From a virus (Duplodnaviria; Heunggongvirae; Uroviricota; Caudoviricetes): a stretch of 27,508 nucleotides of DNA. The stretch lies in the IMG/VR virus record IMGVR_UViG_2690316076_000006; one strand, given 5' to 3'. The notes under the pieces are model-generated. The model did no database searches, was not told the DNA's origin, and saw only the letters and a list, made by a program, of their open reading frames with translations. Of the stretch, positions 18,903 through 27,493 are shown piece after piece (the stretch's first letter is position 1; every line of letters begins with the position of its first letter). Made by a program: the position numbers and the translations under genes.

Positions 18903-19352
18903 CGCCCGCTTCGTGGGGCTGTTTTAATGCAGTTGCATGAACACTCCAAGAGCACGCCAGCACTGGCGGCGCTCACACGTAACGGGGAAGGAAAACGCAT
19001 GCGATTCGATGCAGTACTGCATGCGGAGCTGAAAAAGGCAGAAAATACTGAAAAAACGCATAAAAAACCGGCATTCAGGTCACCGGTTTGAGTCAGCTTC
19101 ATTGTGGTTACTTGTCGCGCAATGCGCCAATAATACTAGTAAGGCAACAAGTGGCAACAATCAGCAAAAAAACCGTTGTCCACGGATTCTCATAAACGAG
19201 AGATAACATATTGATATTGATCCTTTTATTGGTACATTATAATGCGACATTATCGGTCTTTAACAACCTGGCTGAGTTCTATCTTACCAATTTTCGTGAT
19301 AAGCATTTAATCAATTACGTAGTATGGTTAAAGGCACACAAAGGAGAAAAAT

Positions 19353-19403
19353 ATGCGAATGCATTTTTTAGACAACCGACTTCCAAAAATCTTTTCAACG
19401 TAA
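19353..19403 (+). CDS. 16-codon mini-ORF (MRMHFLDNRLPKIFST) with a consensus Shine-Dalgarno, upstream of the cargo gene
   Basis: AAGGAG at 19341-19346, 6 nt before the ATG; lies in the AT-rich leader about 110 bp downstream of a -10-like TATAAT (19238-19243). Function unknown; could be a leader peptide or spurious. Confidence 0.3.
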   Translation: MRMHFLDNRLPKIFST

Positions 19404-19609
19404 TACAGAAAATCACAAACATCTATCAATTACAAATTAACAAACATCAACGCTACCAGCTTAATTGCAGCAAAGATCAGGAGATAACATCACTACAACA
19501 ATAAATCAAAAACTGTTAGATTTGGCCAGAAATGCCAACTCCACACATAACTTCACGCAGATACATAGTTCATAATTAAACAATTTATCGACTTGGAGCG
19601 AATAGAATA

Positions 19610-20614
19610 ATGTCAAAAGAAAACACACCAATGGAACCAAGCATAAATATAAAGGCAGACTTCACTGAGATATTAAATTCATCGCCAAAGGGCGTTAAGT
19701 ATATATTCAATATTCTCTTCGGAAAAAAACACGCAGAGGCCGAGAGAAGGATTAGGCTATCGAACGCTCAAGATTATGCAGATATGAAAAAAATCATATC
19801 TGGAGAAGCAACATATGATAATGAGAAGAACCAAATAACACCTTCTAACCAAGACATTAAGTCATTAATTGTTAGCGCATTGCAGGATGAGGAAATTACA
19901 AATCTTATAGGCTGCATCAGAAGCGCCTCAGAATACATTAAAGATGATACTGATAACGATGGTGGTCCATCCCAAGACTTTATTAACAGATGGCGAAGCG
20001 ATGCGAAACTAATCAGTGAACAGTCTATCCAGTACGTTTGGGGGCGAATTCTAGCGGAAGAAATAAACACACCTCAAACTGTAAGCGTAAGAACCCTTGA
20101 TGTAATAAAAAACCTATCAAAAGAAGAGGCTGAATATTTCTCAGAGGCACTTGACTTTATATTTTACGATTCTTATTTGATTGATAATGGAGATACCAAA
20201 AATCCATTCATCTCACCAGGAAAAGGTCATAAATTGAGAGATGCAGGATTAATAGTTACTTTTACTCCTGGAATGTATCGCTCCGGGACATGGGATACAC
20301 AACGTTTTGTTCTCAGCGGAGCCACCATACCAAAAGTATTCTACATCAGCAGTTCTGATAAGTATTACTTTATCGATGCAGGCAAAATAACTGACGACCC
20401 TAAAATTCTGGTATGGGAGTTAACAAATGCCGGCAAAGAATTATATGAAATTCTAAAGAAAGATCATAAAACCAAAGAAGAATCAGTAAAAAAAATTATT
20501 GACTGGATATTAAATAGCACTAAAGCTTCTGAGTTTTACTATGGAGATATTGTTAAGCATTCAGACAATAGCCTGTCAGTTGAGAACTTACTGACTATAA
20601 GCAGAAATAGATAG
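19610..20614 (+). CDS. Hypothetical protein, 334 aa, low-GC cargo gene at the P2 cos-A (old/tin) variable locus; candidate phage-defence/exclusion protein of unrecognised family
   Basis: Long ORF with GGAG 11 nt upstream; markedly AT-rich codon usage relative to the rest of the prophage; occupies the position of P2 orf91/tin/old; no P-loop or other motif I can recognise by eye. Confidence 0.8.
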   Translation: MSKENTPMEPSINIKADFTEILNSSPKGVKYIFNILFGKKHAEAERRIRLSNAQDYADMKKIISGEATYDNEKNQITPSNQDIKSLIVSALQDEEITNLIGCIRSASEYIKDDTDNDGGPSQDFINRWRSDAKLISEQSIQYVWGRILAEEINTPQTVSVRTLDVIKNLSKEEAEYFSEALDFIFYDSYLIDNGDTKNPFISPGKGHKLRDAGLIVTFTPGMYRSGTWDTQRFVLSGATIPKVFYISSSDKYYFIDAGKITDDPKILVWELTNAGKELYEILKKDHKTKEESVKKIIDWILNSTKASEFYYGDIVKHSDNSLSVENLLTISRNR

Positions 20615-21053
20615 AACATCAAAACAAGACCCCATATCTAATCAGTATACGAACAGGCAAGAACATCCGTTTTTGTCTGTTCCTTTCAAAACAACTACCC
20701 GCATTTCCATAATACTAAAAGATATTTTTCCCTTTATTCAAACCCACAATAATGTTTACGCTCAATAATAAAAAACATCAGAATATTTTTTAACTCCTAC
20801 ACAGCTTGTTTCTCAATCCCGTTGTGTATATCATCAGGACCAAGACATTTCACACCAGTGTTATCCATCACTTGTTCAGAAATCATCGCTACTTTTATGA
20901 CAGAGTAGTGACTCTATATACTAAGAATTACGACCATCCTTATTATCCTGACTTTCATCAATAAAGAAAATAATACCGCCAGCTTTATCTCTTGGTGAAT
21001 AAGGAGGGCCAGCGCTAACCAGATAACTGCCTATATGAATTAACTTGTTGTCA

Positions 21054-23339
21054 TTAGCTCCACTCCATTTCTGTTGAATACCCCGGCCACTCATCAGCGA
21101 CCGGATACGTGAATGTTTTCCCGTCATAATTTACGGTCGCGCCACGCGCCAGCGCCTCAAGCTCCCATCGCTGCGGCCTGATACCGTTCTGAGCAAGGTC
21201 AACGCGGACACGGGTAATTTGCATTCTTTCCGACCGGGTCAGTCTGGCCGATGGTGCAATTTCATGTGGTTTTAACGGGCTTCCGTTTCTCTGCTGACGA
21301 TTTGGTGTTCTCAGCCCGTATTTTAATGCGCCCCTGAGCGCCCTCACGACCTCCGGGTCATTCCATTCGATAACACCGTCATCTACCAGATTAAGCACTG
21401 CTGCGGCGTGCTCAGAAGGTGTGGGAGCCGGTAACGAAGTATCGCCACAGGTGAGCTTTCCACAGTTATTGACAGGACTCCGAGGCGCGGCGATGCCGCT
21501 TTTTAAAGTCAAAGGCTCAACGACCGGAACTTTCGGCACAATGCGCCAGTCCGTCGTTCTGGTGATATGAATATGACGCGCGCCGAGATGCGGCGCGTAA
21601 ATGCCGACCACTCTCTCGACTTCTTCCTCGTACTCGTTAACGTCATCCGACAGACTACGGGCGACCCTGACAGTCTGACAATCGCGCGGGACATTTGCCC
21701 CGCCCTGCGCGCTGATATACAGCGCAAAATCACCACTGTCTGCGGCGGCGCGTGCAGCCTCGACGCGCTCGTCAAACTCATCAGCAATGCTGACGCCGCG
21801 AGGCAATTTGCGTAGTTCACGGTAAGCCCCCATTGTCGGCAGGCCAACCGTTTTAAATTGCGGAATGCGCCACGTTGACGCCCATGCGGTAACAGCCGCT
21901 GCAGTGTCTTTCAGCGGCCTGCCGGTGTCGTTATCGAGCTGACCATCCAGTGCATAGCCGTCGATGTTTTTTGAAATGTATTTCGCGATATATCCCGCAG
22001 CACCGCCCCGGTTAAGGTGTTTTGCCTGAAAACGGTTTCGCGCGGCTCCTCTTTCGTCGCCATCCTCTTTGAGCGCATAGCGACGCATGATTTCGATAAT
22101 CTGGTTACGCTGGCGTGGATGACAAAAAAGCATCATATGCCAGTGCGGCGTTCCGTCGTGGTGTGGCTCGACGACTCGCAAACCGTAGACCTGTAAATCA
22201 TTATCCTTGAATGCCGTGCGCATCAGGCTCCAGATACGGCAGAGATAACGCTGCGCATCCTTTGGATTAAATGCCTCATCGTTCCAGCCGTGATTAAGCT
22301 GAACGGTTTTACTTTCGCCTTTTCCGACCTGACGTGTCGGGTGATACTTTGACGGCGCGGTCAGCGTGATAAACATCCCCACATCACCCTCTGCGGCGGC
22401 GTAACGCTCAATACCGGCAATGGTGTTCATCAGCTCCATCCGGCGAATTTCAGGATTAGAAATACTGCCCATCACCTTACTGATAAGGTCGATGCGCTCG
22501 CCGGTTTCCCTGTTTTCAAGGTCACACGATTTAAGAAATTCCAGATTTGCCTGGCGGCGCGCACGCACATCACGAATGGCGTGTTTACTGGCATAAGGAG
22601 AACGGTCTTTATTGACCTCCCCGACAGCTATCAGTAACGCCTCATGCCAGCGCATACGCTGGCCTTTAAGCTGATGAGTCCACCACTCATCGTTAAACAG
22701 GCGGGCAATGGCAGAATATGCCTGCCTCGTGGTCATCTGTCCTTTACGGTATTTTTTCCAGTAGAGCGGGGAAATATTGAAAGCACGTGCAGCGCCAGCA
22801 ACATGACCATACAGGTGAGCCTGCGCCTCATCCGTAAACAGCGATTCTTTTTCACCATGCGCATCAACCCATGCATCGCAGAGTTCCTCATACATCATGA
22901 AAAGCTGCGATGAGATACGGGCGGCAAACTTTTTCAGCTCCTTGTCATTCATTCCCGGCAGGCGCGCATAGTGGTCACGCTCTGCCAGAAACAACAACGA
23001 CGCGTCGGTGTTCATTTCATGGCGCTGATTCACACGCTCAATGCGCGGCCATAAACGACGCTGAAAAGTGGATGTGAGGAAATAAAACCCGTGCACCGGG
23101 CTTTTATTGCGCCGGATGTATTCATAGCGTGAAGTAAACAGCGAGCGCAAAAAGTAAGGCAGGCGGTTAATCGTGGATAAAACACCTTGCACCTGACGCA
23201 TCTCGTCACGTGTAAGGGGTCTTTCGCGCCCGACGGCCTCGCGTGGCGCGTTCCATGCATAAGCACCGGTAAACGTCTTACCGGTGCCTGCGGCAAATGC
23301 TGACGGAGGGACAAAATGCCCGGAGGCTTTAACGGCCAT
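21054..23339 (-). CDS. A: Replication initiation protein gpA (rolling-circle nickase), 761 aa
   Basis: Translation from the internal Met (MAVKASGHFVPPSAFAAGTGK...) matches P2 gpA across its length. Confidence 0.93.
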   Translation of the reverse strand: MAVKASGHFVPPSAFAAGTGKTFTGAYAWNAPREAVGRERPLTRDEMRQVQGVLSTINRLPYFLRSLFTSRYEYIRRNKSPVHGFYFLTSTFQRRLWPRIERVNQRHEMNTDASLLFLAERDHYARLPGMNDKELKKFAARISSQLFMMYEELCDAWVDAHGEKESLFTDEAQAHLYGHVAGAARAFNISPLYWKKYRKGQMTTRQAYSAIARLFNDEWWTHQLKGQRMRWHEALLIAVGEVNKDRSPYASKHAIRDVRARRQANLEFLKSCDLENRETGERIDLISKVMGSISNPEIRRMELMNTIAGIERYAAAEGDVGMFITLTAPSKYHPTRQVGKGESKTVQLNHGWNDEAFNPKDAQRYLCRIWSLMRTAFKDNDLQVYGLRVVEPHHDGTPHWHMMLFCHPRQRNQIIEIMRRYALKEDGDERGAARNRFQAKHLNRGGAAGYIAKYISKNIDGYALDGQLDNDTGRPLKDTAAAVTAWASTWRIPQFKTVGLPTMGAYRELRKLPRGVSIADEFDERVEAARAAADSGDFALYISAQGGANVPRDCQTVRVARSLSDDVNEYEEEVERVVGIYAPHLGARHIHITRTTDWRIVPKVPVVEPLTLKSGIAAPRSPVNNCGKLTCGDTSLPAPTPSEHAAAVLNLVDDGVIEWNDPEVVRALRGALKYGLRTPNRQQRNGSPLKPHEIAPSARLTRSERMQITRVRVDLAQNGIRPQRWELEALARGATVNYDGKTFTYPVADEWPGYSTEMEWS

Positions 23340-23604
23340 GTGAGCCAAAAGCCTCTGAACAACGCTTGCTGAGTTGCTCAACCTGCGCGTTTAAATCAGC
23401 AAAAGACTTTGCGCTTCCGGTAAGAATATCGTGATGCATCATGCCGGAAACGAGCTGGCTTAATTTCGGGTAATAACCAACCACCGCCAGCCATTCCTGA
23501 CCGGCGTTTTTACCGCTTTCAGCTCTCTTTTTCTCGTGGAGAATAAACTGAAAGCTGTCACTGGTAACGACATAACGTTCGCCAATTTCAATACGAATAC
23601 TCAT
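23329..23604 (-). CDS. P2 early-operon small protein (orf82/83-like), 91 aa
   Basis: MSIRIEIGERYVVTSDSFQFILHEKKRAESGKNAGQEWLAVVGYYPKLSQL... recalled as a P2 early ORF immediately upstream of A. Confidence 0.75.
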   Translation of the reverse strand: MSIRIEIGERYVVTSDSFQFILHEKKRAESGKNAGQEWLAVVGYYPKLSQLVSGMMHHDILTGSAKSFADLNAQVEQLSKRCSEAFGSHGR

Positions 23605-23825
23605 GCCATTCTCCGGTAATGCTTGTTTTTTGCTTCAAAGACTGACTGGCAGGAAACACAACGCGTGGCTGACGGATAAGCCGCACGACGGGCAGCAGGT
23701 ATTGGCGCGTCACACTCTTCGCAAACCAGCGCAGAAGCACCGCAATGTTTTACCCTTGCCGCGTTAATCTGGCGCTCCAGTAATTCAGCCTGTTGTGCCT
23801 GAATAAAATCTACGTTGTCCGGCAT
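23601..23825 (-). CDS. TraR/DksA-family C4 zinc-finger protein, 74 aa (P2 early-operon ORF)
   Basis: Four cysteines in CxxC...CxxC arrangement (CEECDAP...CVSCQ); position in the P2 B-to-A operon. Confidence 0.75.
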   Translation of the reverse strand: MPDNVDFIQAQQAELLERQINAARVKHCGASALVCEECDAPIPAARRAAYPSATRCVSCQSVFEAKNKHYRRMA

Positions 23826-24130
23826 TACCAGTTCCTTTTGTCGTTAAGGTTTTTAAATTCATCAGCGCAATAGCTGGCGATTTCTGTCGTTAATTTCGTC
23901 AGTTCATCCACGGAGGAGATTTGCTTGTGAAACACAGCGCGTTTAACAAGCAAATTGACCACATCAGACAGGAGGTTTAATTCGTTCTGATAAATCGCGA
24001 TAACAGACTCAGTTATTTCGCGTTTTTCTTTATCAAGACCAAGTTGAATAAGAGACAAATCGCCATTTTTCATAACGGCGATTTTTAAGGCGTTATTCAG
24101 TAATACAACTGAACGAGAACAGGACATCAA
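23825..24130 (-). CDS. Hypothetical early-operon protein, 101 aa
   Basis: ORF with start/stop overlaps to its neighbours (operon-style coupling); P2-like position between B and A. Confidence 0.65.
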   Translation of the reverse strand: MMSCSRSVVLLNNALKIAVMKNGDLSLIQLGLDKEKREITESVIAIYQNELNLLSDVVNLLVKRAVFHKQISSVDELTKLTTEIASYCADEFKNLNDKRNW

Positions 24131-24351
24131 AGCACCTCCCCGCGAGACAATCCGATATTGTGAAATTTTTCCGACTCCTGACTGAGCAGCTCGACTATCT
24201 CCACGCGGGATAACTCCGCCTTTGTGATGTGGCGAATCATGGCATCAAGATGAGAAGAAAAGCGCGTCGCAGCGTCGGCCTGTGCTTCGGTTCTGGCCTG
24301 TTGCAACAGTAATGCGTATTTACCGCACTGATTTTCAGAAACTGTATGCAT
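24127..24351 (-). CDS. Hypothetical early-operon protein, 74 aa
   Basis: ORF translationally coupled to the downstream gene (ATGA overlap); P2-like position just after B. Confidence 0.65.
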   Translation of the reverse strand: MHTVSENQCGKYALLLQQARTEAQADAATRFSSHLDAMIRHITKAELSRVEIVELLSQESEKFHNIGLSRGEVL

Positions 24352-24414
24352 AACTTTCTCCAGGCAAAAAGAAGCCCCGCACGATTAAGTGCGTTAAAAA
24401 CTCTGGTTAATTAC

Positions 24415-24915
24415 TTAATGCAGATATTGCTCTGGTTTTACCGACGTCAGAATTGTCGGTGCATACTCAAACAGGCTGAATAATTCACGTAATGCACGGA
24501 ATAAAGCATCACGCCAGTAACATGACTCTTCATTAATTCGCCAGTATGGCTGGTTAAATTCTTTTTCAGTCAATCCGGCATGCATAAATAAAGTACGACG
24601 CTGACTGACTGTTAAAAAACTAATATATGCATACTCACTTGCACCGACCTGACGACGTTTTGAGAATGCCCCACGCAATTCATCAATTGCACATACCAGT
24701 CGTTCACGTTCGACGTCGTTCATTTCTTCAAAACGCATCGTTGCGTGACGCTGTTTTAACTGCGCATGAAAGCAAACTGTTAGCCGTTCGCGCTCCATCA
24801 TCTGATTATAATAATCACATGTATCCTGCCAGCGAGGAACGGCAAGATGCTTACCAATTATCCGGCGCATAGCTGCTGGCTGTTTTTCAACGAGATTGAG
24901 CGTCATCACTGTCAT
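24415..24915 (-). CDS. B: Replication protein gpB (helicase loader), 166 aa
   Basis: Length and synteny match P2 gpB; start taken at the third codon of the track ORF to give 166 aa. Confidence 0.85.
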   Translation of the reverse strand: MTVMTLNLVEKQPAAMRRIIGKHLAVPRWQDTCDYYNQMMERERLTVCFHAQLKQRHATMRFEEMNDVERERLVCAIDELRGAFSKRRQVGASEYAYISFLTVSQRRTLFMHAGLTEKEFNQPYWRINEESCYWRDALFRALRELFSLFEYAPTILTSVKPEQYLH

Positions 24916-25106
24916 TTCCATACCCTCCGGCTTTTCAGAAAGGTCAGAGCCTTTTTTAACGGACTCTGTTTTTTGGTGCGGATAATGATTCCCTTACGCC
25001 CCTTACCGTGGGTGATGGTGAAGTCAATCGCCCTGGGGCTTTCGTTACGCAGTAACTGAGCAATACAACGAGGCTCATTCATACGGTTCTCCTTAACGTG
25101 GTTCAC
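24912..25106 (-). CDS. Small basic hypothetical protein, 64 aa, between cox and B (possible P2 orf78 counterpart)
   Basis: ORF overlaps cox by 14 nt and B by 4 nt; Lys/Arg-rich; P2 has a small ORF at this position. Confidence 0.5.
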   Translation of the reverse strand: MNHVKENRMNEPRCIAQLLRNESPRAIDFTITHGKGRKGIIIRTKKQSPLKKALTFLKSRRVWK

Positions 25107-25368
25107 CGAGACCTAACCACATCAACCAGCCGTCACGAATCTCTTTAGGTCGGCTTTCATAAGCCAGTTTTAGTCCGTTATTCCATGCCGGAAGGTATAC
25201 CCAATATTCACCTGCACGACCTGAAGCTGATTGTGGATCGGTCATATCAATTACAGGCAGCTTTCCTTTATCGATCATCCGACGAACCGCTCCTGTCGAT
25301 TTTCCTATTAGTTTTGCGAACTCCTGATAAGGAATCGCATCAGTCATGAGTGTTACTTGCTTGCTCAT
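25093..25368 (-). CDS. cox: Cox: excisionase/directionality factor and Pc repressor, 91 aa
   Basis: MSKQVTLMTDAIPYQEFAKLIGKSTGAVRRMIDKGKLPVIDMTDP... matches P2 Cox. Confidence 0.9.
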   Translation of the reverse strand: MSKQVTLMTDAIPYQEFAKLIGKSTGAVRRMIDKGKLPVIDMTDPQSASGRAGEYWVYLPAWNNGLKLAYESRPKEIRDGWLMWLGLGEPR

Positions 25369-25482
25369 GTCGTCCTCTAGCCCTCATGAATTGCGTTTAA
25401 TGTCTTATAATGCCTTTTAGTGCCCACATCCAAGCACTAAACAATCTACATCTAAACTAAATACTATTGAGATCTAAACACC
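25369..25482. promoter_or_regulatory. Immunity switch region: divergent early (Pe, toward cox) and repressor (Pc, toward C) promoters with operator repeats
   Basis: 114-bp AT-rich cox-C intergenic region; three copies of (t)ctaaac at 25437-25443, 25451-25457 and 25473-25479; TATAAT at 25406-25411. Assignment to Pe or Pc is by analogy with P2. Confidence 0.5.
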
Positions 25483-25782
25483 ATGTCAAACACGATAAGC
25501 GAGAAGATAGTCTTAATGCGAAAATCAGAGTATTTGAGCAGACAACAACTTGCTGATTTAACAGGGGTTCCGTATGGCACGCTGAGTTACTATGAAAGTG
25601 GTCGTTCAACACCTCCAACAGATGTCATGATGAACATCCTGCAGACCCCACAATTCACCAAATACACTTTATGGTTCATGACCAATCAGATCGCTCCTGA
25701 GTCCGGGCAAATTGCGCCCGCTCTCGCACACTTTGGGCAAAACGAAACAACGTCGCCCCACTCCGGTCAAAAGACTGGTTAA
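25483..25782 (+). CDS. C: Immunity repressor C, 99 aa
   Basis: MSNTISEKIVLMRKSEYLSRQQLADLTGVPYGTLSYYESGRSTPPTDVMMNILQTP... matches the P2 C repressor. Confidence 0.9.
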   Translation: MSNTISEKIVLMRKSEYLSRQQLADLTGVPYGTLSYYESGRSTPPTDVMMNILQTPQFTKYTLWFMTNQIAPESGQIAPALAHFGQNETTSPHSGQKTG

Positions 25783-25897
25783 CAATTCATCGTGAATATA
25801 TTCATCACAAGTGCCTACTATTGGTGGCTAAATTTCAGCCACCACGAAAAAAGCGATTAGTAGTCGCAAAAAAACACACCACTCGGAGGGTTTTCTG

Positions 25898-26911
25898 ATG
25901 GCAATCAAAAAACTCGATGATGGTCGATATGAAGTGGACATCCGCCCTACTGGACGTAATGGAAAACGCATCCGTAGGAAGTTTGATAAGAAAAGCGAAG
26001 CTGTCGCTTTCGAGAAATACACGTTGTACAACCACCACAATAAAGAATGGCTATCAAAACCAACAGACAAGCGACGTCTGTCGGAGCTGACACAGATCTG
26101 GTGGGATTTAAAGGGTAAACACGAAGAGCATGGGAAATCTAATCTTGGAAAAATTGAAATCTTCACAAAAATAACGAATGACCCATGCGCATTTCAAATT
26201 ACGAAATCGCTTATCAGCCAGTACTGCGCCACCCGAAGAAGTCAGGGTATTAAACCTTCGAGTATCAATCGTGATTTAACATGTATTAGCGGCATGTTTA
26301 CAGCCCTGATTGAAGCGGAGTTATTCTTTGGTGAGCACCCTATCAGAGGGACAAAAAGGCTTAAGGAGGAAAAACCAGACACAGGCTATCTCACGCAGGA
26401 AGAAATTGCCTTACTGCTTGCTGCTCTTGACGGCGACAACAAAAAGATTGCGATTCTTTGCCTGAGTACTGGAGCACGTTGGGGAGAAGCAGCTCGTTTG
26501 AAAGCAGAAAATATCATCCATAACCGCGTCACGTTTGTTAAAACGAAAACAAACAAACCACGCACCGTCCCGATCTCAGAGGCTGTTGCCAAAATGATCG
26601 CGGATAACAAACGAGGTTTTTTATTCCCTGATGCTGATTACCCTCGCTTCAGACGAACAATGAAAGCAATAAAACCGGATTTGCCAATGGGGCAAGCCAC
26701 ACATGCACTAAGGCACAGCTTTGCCACTCATTTCATGATTAATGGAGGAAGTATTATCACGCTACAACGGATACTAGGTCACACGCGGATTGAGCAAACT
26801 ATGGTTTACGCTCATTTTGCGCCAGAGTACCTTCAGGACGCCATTTCTCTTAATCCGCTAAGAGGTGGTACTGAGGCCGAGAGTGTCCACACAGTGTCCA
26901 CAGTAGAGTAA
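25898..26911 (+). CDS. int: Tyrosine integrase, 337 aa
   Basis: 337 aa as in P2 Int; C-terminal catalytic-region motifs (HALRHSFATHF...LGH...YAH) typical of tyrosine recombinases; about 80 bp from the right att core. Confidence 0.93.
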   Translation: MAIKKLDDGRYEVDIRPTGRNGKRIRRKFDKKSEAVAFEKYTLYNHHNKEWLSKPTDKRRLSELTQIWWDLKGKHEEHGKSNLGKIEIFTKITNDPCAFQITKSLISQYCATRRSQGIKPSSINRDLTCISGMFTALIEAELFFGEHPIRGTKRLKEEKPDTGYLTQEEIALLLAALDGDNKKIAILCLSTGARWGEAARLKAENIIHNRVTFVKTKTNKPRTVPISEAVAKMIADNKRGFLFPDADYPRFRRTMKAIKPDLPMGQATHALRHSFATHFMINGGSIITLQRILGHTRIEQTMVYAHFAPEYLQDAISLNPLRGGTEAESVHTVSTVE

Positions 26912-26990
26912 CGTTTAAGGGCTTTCAGTGGTAATTTATGCCGCTCAAACCCGCATTGTACCGTTGAAAGCCCCTACTGGTGACACCCTA

Positions 26991-27018
26991 AATCTCCCTT
27001 ACACGGGCTTATTTTTTA
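26991..27018. repeat. att core, right copy (int-proximal junction): aatctcccttacacgggcttatttttta
   Basis: Exact 28-bp direct repeat of 1507-1534. Confidence 0.88.
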
Positions 27019-27175
27019 TGCATAAGCCCTATCCCTGGTCACCGTCTTCCATTGACCACATCGATAGAATCTCCCTTCATAGCACGATGCCTTTCACGTA
27101 ACGGCATCGTGCTCGCACAGGTTCCGGCTAAGCACAACCAGAACGCGCATATTTGACGCTTACCAAAAAATATTC

Positions 27176-27493
27176 TCACTCTCCACATTTGAATGTCAGA
27201 CGAGCGACGCCATGTAATCCTGCACCTTCTGTCTTCAGGTCAACTATCTGCATTTTTTTGCCCTGAGTAACACAGAAATGGGCTGCATCATTTTTTACTA
27301 TATTTTCTGCACCAGATATTCTACCCCTGGCTAAAGAAGCTTCGGCTTCGGTGTAGTATTGGTTATCGAGTTTACGCTGAATATTACTTTTATATGCAAG
27401 GCCAAATTTACCGATACTTGTCTCATCATTATGCACAGCACAACCAGACATAAGAAAAACACTAATTAATGATATAGCAGCTATTTTATTCAC
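27176..27493 (-). CDS. yegR: Putative lipoprotein YegR-like, about 105 aa (start probably GTG at 27493; an ATG 5 codons upstream is the last codon of the window)
   Basis: Signal peptide with lipobox (ISLISVFLMSGC); locus position after cyaR and the P2 site as in K-12; identity to YegR is from memory. Confidence 0.65.
   Translation of the reverse strand: MNKIAAISLISVFLMSGCAVHNDETSIGKFGLAYKSNIQRKLDNQYYTEAEASLARGRISGAENIVKNDAAHFCVTQGKKMQIVDLKTEGAGLHGVARLTFKCGE

Larger units (their letters stand above)
1507..27018. mobile_element. P2-like (Peduovirus-type) prophage, about 25.5 kb, integrated at the 3' end of cyaR; defective (internal head/lysis deletion)
   Basis: Bounded by identical 28-bp direct repeats; complete P2-order gene set in mirror orientation with integrase next to the right repeat; cos site present. 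Confidence 0.92.

Noticed and set aside
18830-19102. 90-aa minus-strand ORF spanning the cos site
   Set aside because: Covers the cos sequence and the Q-distal non-coding region; no SD; P2 has no gene across cos; treated as spurious.
19200-19490. 10-bp direct repeat gagataacat at 19200-19209 and 19481-19490 flanking the leader region
   Set aside because: A single 10-bp match in about 2 kb of AT-rich DNA is within chance expectation; no associated recombinase or target-site-duplication context.
19211-19504. 97-aa plus-strand ORF in the AT-rich leader upstream of the cargo gene
   Set aside because: Starts at TTG, has low-complexity AT-driven composition (Ile/Leu/Asn/Lys/Tyr-rich), overlaps the promoter-like elements and the better-supported 16-codon mini-ORF in another frame; probably non-coding.
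20921-21127. 68-aa minus-strand ORF at the boundary of the cargo island and gene A
   Set aside because: Its first 74 nt overlap the 3' end of gene A in another frame, and the part outside A has no methionine and no SD; most likely a frame artefact, although P2 has a small orf91 at a comparable position, so not fully excluded.
27005-27029. Hairpin gggcttat-N9-ataagccc overlapping the right att core
   Set aside because: Considered as a terminator, but neither strand has a U-run after it; it is more likely part of the native attB context than a separate regulatory element.
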